A DNA stretch of 64,000 nt from Eutreptiella sp. 'Long Island Sound 2002' (taxonomy: Eukaryota > Protista > Euglenida). Position 1 is the stretch's first letter, and each line of letters opens with the position of its first letter. Location: NCBI GenBank assembly GCA_964036045.1, contig OZ038379.1:19220001-19284000 (forward strand), given 5' to 3'. Under the pieces are notes generated by a model. The model did not search any database. It was not told the origin of the DNA and saw only the letters and a list, made by a program, of their open reading frames with translations. Position numbers and translations under genes: made by a program. This document shows positions 13,484-24,490 of the stretch, in pieces.

Positions 13484-16165
13484 TCACATGTACCAGTCAT
13501 CATCCTCATCCCACTGATCTGCATCATGACCCCCATAACCCCACTGTGCAGCATGCGCCGTGTGGGCTTGTCTTGCGAGAGGGGCAGCTGGGGCCCGACC
13601 ATCAGTGTACAGCCACTCCTCACGATTGCGACCCGAGGCCCACCCAGTCCCTCCACACTTGCTCTTCCCCGCTGCCGTGTGCCCCCTCAAGCCCTGCCAG
13701 CTCTGTTGGTACGGCGCCCCTGCCCCCCCATGGCCTGGCCTCGCACGTTCGGCAGCACCACGGCCAACATCCACATCCCACGTATGCCACTGGCGCGGCC
13801 TTGCGTTTTCCGATGGAGGGGACACAACGACCACATGGCGGCCAGGGGTCTGTGCAGAAGTCTTGGAGCCAGGGGTGCCTGCACCGGCACTGGTGCTGGG
13901 GGTTCGCCCTTCCTGCACGGGTGGCCCACCCGGAGTGCACAAGCCTCGGCTGCTTGAGCTCAAAGCGGGGCTTGCCTGGCATACCTTCCGCACACCAGGA
14001 CCCCCCTCCGCGTCCCCGCCCCGATTCTCGACATGTATGAGGGGGCCGTTCCGTTGCCCGCAACCGTCCGGAGTCTCTGGTACTTGGCCCGAAGGCGTGC
14101 CAACTGCGAAGCGCAAGCACTTCGCAGGGGTGGGGCTGCACGAATCGGCCACGGCCGAACACAAACGCTCTCCGCCACCCTCAAACGCTGCATCTGCGGT
14201 ATGGGGGACGTGGTGGCGAGCGACATCACTGGACGCGCACTGGTCCCGAGACGTTGCGTGAAGGGGCACGGTGGTTTCTGGATTGCTCACGACAATGCGC
14301 ATCTGGTGGCCGTGCAAGTGCACACTGTGGGCGCAGGGCGACCGCACAAACCCGGCCTCACCGGGCAACTGCACAGCCTCAGATTCACTGCAGAGTGACT
14401 TGGTGCCGGCCTTCATGGGAGTTAAACCCAGCCTTTCGAGGCCATTGGCGACGGTGATGAGCATGTGCTGCCCGTGGCACCGGACAACCCGGGGATCCTT
14501 GTCGCCATCTGCACAAGCGGTACTCATCCCTGTACTCAAAGCGCTGCTTGGTTGGTGTGCAGTGCTGTTTGCAGCTGGAGACGCAACCTCCGGCTGCAAA
14601 TGGCCGCACCATTGGCATGCTTGCAGCTGATGACTGGCGTTGAGGTCTTGATGCAGATGTCCTTGGAAGTCAGTGTACAAGGACTGCACTTGGGAGTATA
14701 GTTGTGGCAGAACTATTGGGGCAGGGTGTGGCTGTTGCTGCAGCGGCTGCGACTGTGGTAGCAGCTGTGGGTCGAACCCAATGTGTGGTCTGGAGTGCAG
14801 CGTCTGATGTTGTGGAGTAGATTGCGATTGACTATGCATCTGATGATGTGGCTGAAATGGCACTGCCTGTGGCTGCACGACAACAATGGATGGCTGTTCC
14901 AGCTGATGTGCCTGATTTTGTGAGTGCATTGGCTGTGCCTGCGCCTGTGGCTGAGTCTGGAAAAGATCTTGTGGCTTTTCTGGAAGCTGCTGTGAGAGAG
15001 GTCGCATGGGCTGTTGCAGTGGGGCTGGAAAACGCTGGTCCTGTTGTGCTTGCTGTGCCTGTAGCGGCTGTTGTTCCTGCTGTTCCGGTTGCTGTTGCTC
15101 TAGCTGCGGTCCCAACAGCTTTGCCGTCATTGTGTGTGTTCCGTTCAGTTGCTTGTGCTGCGGGAGTGGCTGCTGTGGGTCTTGGTGGGGTTGCGAATGT
15201 TGCTGACAACTGGTGAGTGGCTGCTGCTCTTGTTGTTGTTGCACTGGTGCTCGTGGAAGATCCAAGTGTTGTGCGGGCTGTTGGGGCTGAACTGGCTGTG
15301 GCGGCGTCAGAGTTTGTTGTTGTGAGTGATGATGCTCTGGCAGGTGCTCCGGAAGCTGCAAAGGCTGTTGAACGTGCTCAAACTGGCAAATTGGATGTGC
15401 AGAGTGCTGCTGCTGCTGTGGCTCACATGGTGGCTGGGAAGCTGGGTCACGTCCACAAACACCACTGGTAGAAACCATGAGGCGCGGTGTACAGTAACGG
15501 TGTTGTGCATCATTGCAGCTGGGCTCAGTTGTGGTACATAGAGGAGGTGGTGCGGAAACCTGGGCTCTCGGATGCCCTTCGATTTCGGCCCAAAAAGATG
15601 CTTCGGCAACACTGTCGTTGGTGTCAAACTCATCGAATACAGGCTGAGATGTGCTCAGCATATCAATCATCATCTGCACACCGGGCATTGCAGTAGGGGC
15701 AAGTTGTACCAAAAGCCGCAGGCCAGGCGCCTGCGTATCCCATCGTAGTGTACATTCATCATCCATCAGCTCAAGCAGTTTCAGCTTCTGATTTGAACGC
15801 GATTCCTGTTCCTCTAAGGCCACCAATAGGCTGGGAGACCGTTGGGCTGAGGGCGTGTGCATCGGTTCTGACAGGCAGTCGCGGAACATGGGGCTGGGGC
15901 TCGGGGCTGCGATGGGGGACTCGAAGCCTGTGACCACAGGGGACTCGAGCTCTGTGCCACGGAGCTGTTGAATGCACTCAAATAACGCCTTCCGCTCTTT
16001 GAGTGGTGCATGGATCCCCAACTCCTCCCTCAGTTCCCACTGCTTCAGTCCAGCAAGGGTCTCACCGTCCACACCATGTTCACGGAAGTTTTGTTCAAGA
16101 TGGGCAAAATTGACTGAGTGGAGCCATTGCACTGCTTCATCCACAGACCAGTGCAGGAATCTCAT
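13484..16165 (-). CDS. SAM (sterile alpha motif) domain protein with long Gln/Pro-rich low-complexity region, 893 aa, intronless
   Basis: Uninterrupted ORF with ATG at 16165. The N-terminus WSVDEAVQWLHSVNFAHLEQNFREHGVDGETLAGLKQWELREELGIHAPLKERKALFECIQQL fits the SAM pattern (W..e.V..WL......F.e..idG..L..L...eL...lGi). Confidence 0.8.
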   Translation of the reverse strand: MRFLHWSVDEAVQWLHSVNFAHLEQNFREHGVDGETLAGLKQWELREELGIHAPLKERKALFECIQQLRGTELESPVVTGFESPIAAPSPSPMFRDCLSEPMHTPSAQRSPSLLVALEEQESRSNQKLKLLELMDDECTLRWDTQAPGLRLLVQLAPTAMPGVQMMIDMLSTSQPVFDEFDTNDSVAEASFWAEIEGHPRAQVSAPPPLCTTTEPSCNDAQHRYCTPRLMVSTSGVCGRDPASQPPCEPQQQQHSAHPICQFEHVQQPLQLPEHLPEHHHSQQQTLTPPQPVQPQQPAQHLDLPRAPVQQQQEQQPLTSCQQHSQPHQDPQQPLPQHKQLNGTHTMTAKLLGPQLEQQQPEQQEQQPLQAQQAQQDQRFPAPLQQPMRPLSQQLPEKPQDLFQTQPQAQAQPMHSQNQAHQLEQPSIVVVQPQAVPFQPHHQMHSQSQSTPQHQTLHSRPHIGFDPQLLPQSQPLQQQPHPAPIVLPQLYSQVQSLYTDFQGHLHQDLNASHQLQACQWCGHLQPEVASPAANSTAHQPSSALSTGMSTACADGDKDPRVVRCHGQHMLITVANGLERLGLTPMKAGTKSLCSESEAVQLPGEAGFVRSPCAHSVHLHGHQMRIVVSNPETTVPLHATSRDQCASSDVARHHVPHTADAAFEGGGERLCSAVADSCSPTPAKCLRFAVGTPSGQVPETPDGCGQRNGPLIHVENRGGDAEGGPGVRKVCQASPALSSSSRGLCTPGGPPVQEGRTPSTSAGAGTPGSKTSAQTPGRHVVVVSPPSENARPRQWHTWDVDVGRGAAERARPGHGGAGAPYQQSWQGLRGHTAAGKSKCGGTGWASGRNREEWLYTDGRAPAAPLARQAHTAHAAQWGYGGHDADQWDEDDDWYM

Positions 16166-16889
16166 GGGCACACAGCCACAGTCCTCATGTCATGACATAC
16201 CATTTCAAAAAGGGCCCTCAGAAATGCAACACAGAAATGAGACATCTGTTGATGCCAATGAACAGGTTTGTTCCCACAGTCAATGCATCTGGCACAATGT
16301 TTTTTTTCCAAACCGTGTTTTTTCTAAATCTGATCCAACACTCGTTGACATTTCCAAAGCTTTTTGGGGGTTACTGCATGCAGTGCACATGCAGTGCACA
16401 AACGTTGCCTAACATAGGAGCCAACCACATGGCACTCACAGCAAGGATGACGGCGATGAGGGCAACCTACAAGAAGATTCATTCCAGCTAGTTTGGGTCT
16501 TTTAACACTCTGGGAAATGGGATTGCATCCCACCGGAATGGTCTAATAAAGAGCCCACTGTCCATATGCCGTAAATACCACAAGAACAGGAACCAACCCA
16601 AAAACCACCAACCACCTCTGCACAGTAGGGCAAGCAGCAAGAAGACCAGGTGAAATATTATGTGATATCCTCACCTACTCCACCATTGCATGATTGAAGC
16701 CATGCACATCATTATATTCTTGTTGGGCTTCGCTGGTGTACTTGGGTTCAAATAGCAAATCAAACAAAGATCCAGCAACCGATCATATGGGCATGCTATT
16801 GGTGTAGGTGTAAGGTTGTTCTTGTGGTTTAGCGAGAACCACATGCACAGCTTCATTCTATTGCAGGGAACGGCGTACTCTGAGGACCC

Positions 16890-17364
16890 TCACCCCCTTC
16901 CCGAACCAAGGGATGACGGTCTCCCCAGGGGACGGCTGCCAAGTGACCCCCTGCCCCCAGGGAACTGTACTACCGCCGTACATGTACACTGTGGGGGTAG
17001 GGCAGGGTGCTGAGCAAACGAGCGGCAGTGAGAGGCGATGGACAGATGCACAGTAATGCACCACTAGCTTGCCATCACGCTCTGGGGCGATAGAAATCAC
17101 CACGCTCTGAATAGCCAACGACCTGCCCCAAAGCAAGTGCCCCTTGTAGAGCATGTGTATATTACACTCGTCCCGGGGGTAAACCTGGTTGTGCTATCAC
17201 GTTCCATTTCAGAGAAGGTACTTCAAAGAGTCCTGCCAAAGTACAAGGGATACAAGTGGCAGTGCCTCACAGCACACTGACCTTCAAGGCAACACACCCG
17301 CAACAAAATTTTGGGGTGACCCCCCCCCCCCCCTTGGGGAAAGACAAGGGGCGGGGAAGGACAC
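16890..17364. mobile_element. Further copy of the G/C-tract MITE family
   Basis: Shares GACGGT..CCAAGTGAC, TACCGCCGTACA and the right end GGGGAAAGACAAGGGGCGGGGAAGGACA with 9457-9945. Boundaries are approximate. Confidence 0.5.
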
Positions 17365-18118
17365 GGGGCCATGAGGCAACGGAAACTGGGTTCGCATACG
17401 CCCCCGTGTCACAGGCGCATGGTCATAACCACATTGTTCAGTGTTTTGCTTGCTGCACTGCAGCGTAGACCAGTTCTGTACCACACCAGGTGGTTGCTGA
17501 CTGTGCATTGGCTCTGCTCCTCTGAACAGTGAGGTCAGCTCGCACCCACCACCCACCCACAGTGCCGGTTAGACTCTAACCCTTGCCCTGCAGGTCGTGC
17601 CCCTGTCTTGCACTCATTCCCTGGCACGTGAGGACGTGTCGTACTCGTGCCTCAGGGGCGCAAAGGCGCCTTTGGTGGCGCAAAGGCGTCTCAACATTTC
17701 AGCATGTGCTCCTGCTGTCAGGTATCTCAACAGATCATTGCTGTACTGTGTGTGGCACCTACCTTTTCTGCTCGACACCATGCATGCGCATGCTGCCCAC
17801 TTTTCCTTGCCCACTGGCTTCCAACTGCCTCACCTGGGCCGCACTCTCGCAGCCCCAGTCATGCTTCGGCCTTTCAACACGTGACGACGTGTCGAGCCTG
17901 TGGCTCAGGGGCGCTACGGCGCCCTGTTTTTTCACCACTTGACTGTTCCGTGCTGTCTTGGCGTCCCATACACCCTGGTCAGCTCGAACCCACCACCCTC
18001 CCTTTGCGCTGGTTAGCCCCCGTCTCTTGCTCTGTGGGTCTCTCTCCCACTCTCTCCCTCCCAATCTCTCTTGCTCTCTCTTGCTCTCTCTCCTGTGTCC
18101 CACTCTCTCTCTCTCTCC
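17365..18118. repeat. Dispersed repeat, copy 1 (~750 bp)
   Basis: 17365-17580 is nearly identical to 22397-22614; 17590-18118 is a more diverged match to 23410-23955. Confidence 0.85.
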
Positions 18119-19340
18119 GAAAGAGGCAACTCTCCTGCTAGAGTGCGATAGGGGAATTGTATGCTACTGTGCCCCGTTGCACGTACGGCGGGATCAAATA
18201 GCTGATTGCCTGTGTGTTGATCCAACTCCCCCACATTCCTCTATATTTCCTCTACCTCATGTTACCCATCTCTCACAGCTTTTTCCATCATGCACGTTGT
18301 CACATGTTGTGGCACGAGCCATGTATATCGCGATGCAAAGCTATAAGGACTGTGGGGGTGCAAGCAGCGCATGAGCAAGAACCATAACAATTGGGTGTAT
18401 ACAAGGGCTTCTTCATGCTTGTGCCTTGGGTTTGCGAACTATTTGGGGCACTTTGACTTTCTCTTGTAACATGGGCTTCTTCGGGAGATAGTTTTGTGGC
18501 ACTTGGAAGGGGGGGGCAATTTGGAGGCTTTTTGGGGGAAAGGATGTTCCAAAAGTAGCGTGCAATGCAAGGACTCCCCGTTTGGAGAAAAATCTTTTTT
18601 GACACCTTTTTGACACAGCCACCTCACCCCAACACTACCCAGCCCCCACGATAGGCCCACGACCACACCCCGCAAAGCTCCAGCGGAGGCGTCACCGAGC
18701 CCTAGCCACCGTGCTCGCACCCTGTTCCCGCCAAACTTGCCCACTGAACCCCAACCTAGCTCTGGGAGCTCTGCAAGTGGGTCCACTGGGCGGGGCATGG
18801 CAGGGACAGAGACCTATTGGGGCTGATTGAATGCCCTAGCCACAACACCCCCGAAAACGCAAAACAGTGACCACGAGGAGACTACATGGCCCCCAGAAAC
18901 TGGATGGCCTTCCTCGCTGAGGCACTGTGCCCCCAAAACATCGACCCTCACAACCTCCCAGACTGCTAGGACCGCCCCTACATCATCAGCCAGCTGAGGT
19001 GGCCCCTCAATAATACCAGAGTCGAGGGTAAAAGAGTGTCGGACACCCAACCTCCCCAGCAACACCCCAAGCCCCTCCCCGCGCCCACACGAAAGGCCCC
19101 ATACATGAGCCCACGACCTCGCATGGCACTATGCCACTCCCACATACGGCCGTCACATACAACCACACCTCTTTGCGGCACGACGCCTCACACCAATGAA
19201 GAAAAAATCACCACCACCCAACAGAGCCCGGACTGAACAGCTCTGTGACCTGCGCCCACACAAGACACCCTGCAACATCCGGCACACCATATCAACGGAC
19301 CCCACACCACACAAGCGCCACACCGACGACACAACATAGC

Positions 19341-19368
19341 CCCTGACCCTGACCCCTAACCTCTAACC
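19341..19368 (+). repeat. Telomere-like hexamer variants (CCCTGA CCCTGA CCCCTAA CCTCTAA)
   Basis: Direct reading, inside a CA-rich dispersed repeat. Confidence 0.45.
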
Positions 19369-20659
19369 CGCGGCGGACATTGCCCGTCGCACACGAACAC
19401 AACAACGGCCCTCAGGCAGGGGCACCACACAGCCCACACAAAAGACCCCGTACGTGAGCCCCATGGTGACCTGCAAATGTTTCCCTATCATCATTTTTCA
19501 CTAGAAGGGCGCCCAAGGCAATACATGGCGGTCAGACATGACGGAAGGTGGGGCTTGAAAAAGCAGGCATGAAAGGGCACTTCAAGGTTGAATTTTGGCC
19601 ATTTTTGGCCCCCAAAGGGGTCAGTGGGGTCGCTAGTTGGTTGCAAAAGCAAAAGCTACTACACATTCATCATCTAGGTTGGTTCCATTGCAATTGGCCC
19701 ACTACACAAACATCCTATACACCCAACCAGCATGTTTGGGCAGTTTTTGACAGATTTTGAAGCCTTGACCTGTTCTTGGCCACCACTCTTGAATTTCTTA
19801 CTCATACGTTGTAGGACAGTGCTCAGACCCATAAATATCATCCAATAAAATAGGGGCTGAATCCGAAACACTACACCAAAGTTCTGATTTTTTGCCATTT
19901 TGCGTGTAATGCCACTTGGCTCTGCCACCACGCTACTTGCTTCCCTAACCGCATCTGGTCTCCCTAAGAAATGGGAGGTATATGCTTCAGCCGATCTCTC
20001 TGGGACATCTGTTTCCTGCCAACACGGAGCAAATTCACATTTTTCAGACTTTTCTCAACTTTTGGTCTAATGCACCACAATGTCGTCACCTTGGGGGGGG
20101 GGGGGGTATGTGTATGCTTTTCAAAATCTGTGAGAAACGCCGTTTCAGAAATGTATGGGTAGGGCCGCGAATCATTAAACCAAATCTCAGTGCGTGGAGT
20201 ATGTTCGACAGTTTATGATGGAGGACACCACCCTGCACCATGTCTACAATACACCGTGGGCACTGCCATGCACCGTGCTCGCATGCTCATGGTCAATCCT
20301 ACGTGACTTAGCTGGGGCAGGTTCAGATCTGAGGTCAGTCTCCCACGACTCCACACTGACGGCCAACTCTTGCTCACTCACATGGTCTGATGAGGGGCCA
20401 CGGTATGTGCAGTCTGTGCTGCACCGCCCTTCGCTAGCCTCTACACTGTCGCTCACTTCTGAGTCTAACACCTGTAGGCCAAGTGCCTGCCACTCCGAGG
20501 ACTGCGAGCGCCGCACCTCCCTTACCCACTCACAGGAGTAGGCCCAATGCCTCACCCTCCCTTCCTCTGCCAACTGGTCTGCCTTCTCGTTCCCAACACG
20601 ACACAGCACAGCACAATTCAACTCAAACCCAAGCAACGCCCTACTATCGGCGTTTCAAG

Positions 20660-21787
20660 TTACAGCTTTGGGCCAGTCGTCTTGTTTTGCAAGCTCCGTG
20701 CCAACTGCGCAACCAGTCTGACATGCACCAGGTTGATCAGTATACGCATCTGCGCTACCAAAAGGCCCGAGTAATGTATACCGTCCAAGCTCAACTCTCC
20801 CCGACCCCTGGAGAGCCGGAAGTTATCGATCATGTCCACTCGGCCCTCCATCTCTTTTACCGCTGCCGTTTCCATCTTCCACAGGTTCTCACTGCCTTGG
20901 TAATCTCGCAATGCCTGGTCACAGAACCACGCAGGCCGGCATTTTCCGCGGTCCTTGCGCAGCGCAGTCACCCGCTCCCGCCACGGCGACGGCATCATCG
21001 TGGCGTTTGGCACCAGGGTCCCGAGCCACACAAGCAGCGCGCTCGGGGGCACGGCGTGCGCCGTAGCGTTGATGCTCGGCAGCGGGCTCTGCTGCCAGTA
21101 CTGGATCACATCCACATCGGCAGCGGTTGCAGGGAATACGTAAAGGGCGTGCATGCCATGGTTCCAGGCCAGGAGGTCCGGCTGGAAGCGTGCCAGAAAG
21201 GCCGCCACCCACCCGTCGTGCGGCTGCCGGCGCATGGGCAGAGGGTCTGGCCACCAGTCCTGAAGGAAGCGGAATTGCACTCCCGCAGAGTCCCACTCAT
21301 GCCACAAGAGGTACGTGCCTTTGTTGATCATTTTGGAGCGCGCACCGGGGACACGCGGGTTCTTGAACTGCCCATAGAACTCACGGACGAGGGTCATTGA
21401 CGCGTTGGTGGCGGGCTGCTGCAGCCAGAACCCGGTGCCAAACTTCGAAGCGTGCAGCACCGAGAACACAAGGAAGAGGTACTGCAGGCGGACGGTGGAG
21501 TCGCCCAAGAACAGCAGCGTCTTGCCACGGAGTGTGTCCATGGCATACTGCGGGGTGAAGGGGGGGAACGTGCAGCGACAGCCTGGGGCCTGGCACTCAA
21601 GCGGCAGGTTACTCAAGGTGCGGACGACCGTTTCGAACAAGGCTGGCATGACAGCCGCACAACATGGCCCCAGGTCAGGGCTGGGGCCGGCGTTGGGCAC
21701 ACAGGTGGTGTCCGGCTGGCACTGGCTCTGGAGCAGCTGCAGCAGAAGCAGCAGGAAGCTTACAAAGCCACCGCCAGACTGCCACAT
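20660..21787 (-). CDS. SGNH/GDSL-fold PC-esterase-like (TBL/NXPE/Cas1-type) acylesterase or O-acyltransferase with N-terminal signal/anchor, 375 aa, intronless
   Basis: Hydrophobic N-terminus FVSFLLLLLQLL, Cys-rich stem, block I LLFLGDSTVR, WNHGMH block, and C-terminal DGIHY (DxxH). The Ser-Asp-His catalytic residues are intact. Confidence 0.8.
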   Translation of the reverse strand: MWQSGGGFVSFLLLLLQLLQSQCQPDTTCVPNAGPSPDLGPCCAAVMPALFETVVRTLSNLPLECQAPGCRCTFPPFTPQYAMDTLRGKTLLFLGDSTVRLQYLFLVFSVLHASKFGTGFWLQQPATNASMTLVREFYGQFKNPRVPGARSKMINKGTYLLWHEWDSAGVQFRFLQDWWPDPLPMRRQPHDGWVAAFLARFQPDLLAWNHGMHALYVFPATAADVDVIQYWQQSPLPSINATAHAVPPSALLVWLGTLVPNATMMPSPWRERVTALRKDRGKCRPAWFCDQALRDYQGSENLWKMETAAVKEMEGRVDMIDNFRLSRGRGELSLDGIHYSGLLVAQMRILINLVHVRLVAQLARSLQNKTTGPKL

Positions 21788-21806
21788 GCCGCCAGGCTGC
21801 GGCTGA

Positions 21807-21830
21807 CTGTGCGACAAAAAGCAGAGGGAA
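21807..21830 (-). promoter_or_regulatory. Polypyrimidine tract + CAG acceptor 19 nt upstream of the SGNH ATG (trans- or cis-splice acceptor)
   Basis: ttccctctgctttttgtcgcacag| on the minus strand. Confidence 0.55.
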
Positions 21831-22615
21831 ATGCGCAGGAGGAAGTAGGGCTCCGGCAGACGTGGAAACTAGGCCTGCATCCGCAGATTACAGCATCAAA
21901 TCCCTGAGCACCCTTCCTGATTTTTCCTGCAAACATCAGAACCGTCCAAGTCACTCAGAAATATTCACACATGTTCAGCCTCCTGAATACACCCAAGCCA
22001 TCTAGTTTCTGCACAACATTCCCCCATCAGACCCATGAAGCTGACTACTGGTTGAAAGTGCCCACTACACGCCCACCTGGGAGCTGTGCAGCAACATGAT
22101 TCGGAGCGGTTGGGCAGAAGCTGGCCTGAGGTCACCTTCTTGCAGCGCAAAGCAAGAAAAGAAGCCAGGTTGTTCGCAACTTGTAGTACCCCCCCCTTGC
22201 AATTTCCACCCCTAGTGTGCGACGGTCTCCCGGGGGGGGAAGGGGGGCAGGGGGGGGGGGGTCACCAAGTGACAGTCCCCCCGCCGAATTCTAGTGTAAC
22301 CTAAAGAAAAGTTTTCCTTGGTGCCTTTGGCGCCTAGTAGTTCCTATGCTTGTTGGGCCAAATGACGGTCTCCCAGGTGGGGGGGGGGGGTTGCAAGGGG
22401 CCATGAGGCAACGGAAACTGGGCTCGCATACGCCCCCGTGTCACAGGCGCATGGTCATAACCACATTGTTCAGTGTTTTGCTTGCTGCACTGCAGCGTAG
22501 ACCAGTTCTGTACCACACCAGGTGGCTGCTGGCTGTGCATTGGCACTGTTCCTCTGGACATCGAGGTCAGCTCGCACCCACCACCCACCCACAGTGCCGG
22601 TTAGTCTCTAACCCT

Positions 22616-23409
22616 GGGGGTGGGGGAAAATTGGCTTGCGCCCACGGGGGGTCACGGATGTCCATTTCCCAACCCCCCCCCCCCCCCCTTCTGGCCCGCC
22701 GTGACGGGGCAATGACAACCGGTATACACAGCCCCCCAGTCCCCCCCCTACCCCCAACGGTGGTGGTATTCATGTCCGGTCTATTCCGGTTGCATCCCAT
22801 AGCACGGGGGGGGGTAGGGCAAGAAGGTGAAACCTGCCTGCCCAGGCACCCAGCCATCAGACAGCACCTGTTTAACTCAGAAAGGATGGTTCGCCAAAAA
22901 AGGAGAAAAATTTTTGCAAAGTGGTGCTGTGAGTGGCCCCCTGTGTTGAACTGACTTTTGTTTGTTTCCTTGTCAGGGGCTGGTTGCTTCGGGGAAGGGG
23001 TCGAGAGCAGGGGGGGGGGGGTTTAAGGGGTATGTGTGCCTGTGACTGACTGAAAGGGTCCCCCCTGATGGGGGGACCTGTAGAAAACTGTCTTGGGGGG
23101 GGCATGCACATGCAAACATGCAAACATGAAGACATAAAAAAGACCAAAAAAGCGAAGGGAAAAACATTGCATGAAGCTGGGTTTGAACCCAGGACCTCTG
23201 GGGATGGAGCCTAGGCCTACTACCAACTAAGCTAAGTCAGGATCTGCCTATATTCAAAAATCAGAGAGTGTATAGCATAGTAAAAAAAAAGGCTGACAAT
23301 GAGGACCATACATAGGTCCTGTCACAGGTGTCCATTTCCCAAACCACCCCCCCCTCCTTCAGGCGACAGCCGTGACCCCCCCCGGGCGCAAGCCAATTTT
23401 CCACCTCCC
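22616..23409. mobile_element. Non-autonomous TIR element
   Basis: Left end GGGGAAAATTGGCTTGCGCCCACGGGGGGTCACGG is the inverse of right end CCGTGACCCCCCCGGGCGCAAGCCAATTTTCCACC. It is absent from repeat copy 1, which shows the empty site taaccc-ttgccctgcag. Confidence 0.75.
23176..23241 (-). pseudogene. tRNA-derived pseudogene / SINE head
   Basis: A-box TAGCTTAGTTGGTAG and B-box GGTTCAAACCC at tRNA spacing; acceptor and anticodon stems are broken. Confidence 0.55.
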
Positions 23410-23916
23410 TGGCCCCGCAGGTCGTGAGGTCGTGTCATACTCCATCCTTAGGGGCGCAATGGCGCCTTGGTTGGCGCAAAGGCGTCTCAGTATTTCAGCA
23501 TGCGCTCCGTCTGTCAGGCAACTCAACAAATCATTGCTGTTATGCGTGTGGCGCATACCACGTCTGCTCCCCACGCTGCATGCGCACGCCGCCCACACAT
23601 TCATGCCTACTTGCTTTCGTCTTCCTCACATGGGCCGCACTCTCGCCGCCCCAGTCGTGCTTTGGCTGTGCAACACGTGACAACATGTTGTGCCTGTGGC
23701 TCAGGGGCGCTACGGCGCCCTGCTTTTTCATTTCTTGACTGTTCCGTGTCTCCGTGGCGTCCCTTTCACCTCGCTCTGCTCGAACCCACCCTGCTCAGCC
23801 CGAACCCTGGTCAGCTCGAACCCACCACCTCCCTTTGCGCCGGTTAGCCCCGGTCTCTCGCTCTGTGGGTCTCTCTCCTCTCTGCTGCTCCTCTCTGTTC
23901 CTTTCCCACTGTGTCC

Positions 23917-23957
<41 letters not shown>

Positions 23958-24000
23958 TCGCCCAAAAAAGGGGGTTCGGGTCGTTTGGTGTATCTCTATC

Positions 24001-24062
24001 CCCCCCGGGGTTCGAACCATCCTCTACAGGACAGAAGAGGTGTGGTGTATCCACTGGGCCAC
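24001..24062 (-). pseudogene. tRNA-derived pseudogene / SINE head
   Basis: GTGGCCCAGTGG A-box, CCTCT/AGAGG stem, GGTTCGAACCCC B-box; non-canonical loop size. Confidence 0.55.
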
Positions 24063-24490
24063 GACGATTGGGTATCTGCACCATGCGCTCCAATCTTTCT
24101 CTCCTGTGTGGACACGGAAGGACGTGGAAGGACACGGGGGGGGGGGGGGTACTTGAGCTGCTGGCCCTAACGATCTCCGAGGTCCCGTAGCAGCTGCAAA
24201 CAATAAGGGTGCTTCCTCTGTTGGTGGGTGTGGGTGGGTGTGTGTGCGTGCACGCCCATTGCCAATTGCCTAGGGCGGTCCTTAACGAAGGAAAGGAAAA
24301 AAAGTTCCTGTTGTCAGGTTTCCCAAAAATGCCCACGGGCACTCCATGTGTTTCACTATTGGTTCCTAGCCCTGCATGTTTTGACCCATGGGTTCCCATC
24401 CCCTCAGAGGTGCAATCACCGAACCATTTGTTCCTACCCCCACATGTGTTCAAAGATAGCATCCGAACCCTACCTGACACCCTGCACAAT

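Larger units (their letters stand above)
22397..23955. repeat. Dispersed repeat, copy 2, interrupted by a TIR element
   Basis: Alignment by eye with 17365-18118; insertion at 22616-23409. Confidence 0.85.

Noticed and set aside
14832-15471. Ala/Val/Thr-rich ORFs overlapping the SAM gene
   Set aside because: Alternative-frame products of the CAG-rich Gln tract.
20483-21400. 305-aa plus-strand ORF
   Set aside because: Antisense to the motif-bearing SGNH gene; a GC-rich shadow frame.
23176-23241. Functional tRNA genes (also 24001-24062 and 37512-37577)
   Set aside because: A and B boxes are present, but the acceptor, anticodon or T stems cannot be completed.
17365-23955. Bona fide LTR retrotransposon
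   Set aside because: No TG...CA termini, PBS or gag/pol between the repeats, and the two halves of the repeat differ in divergence.
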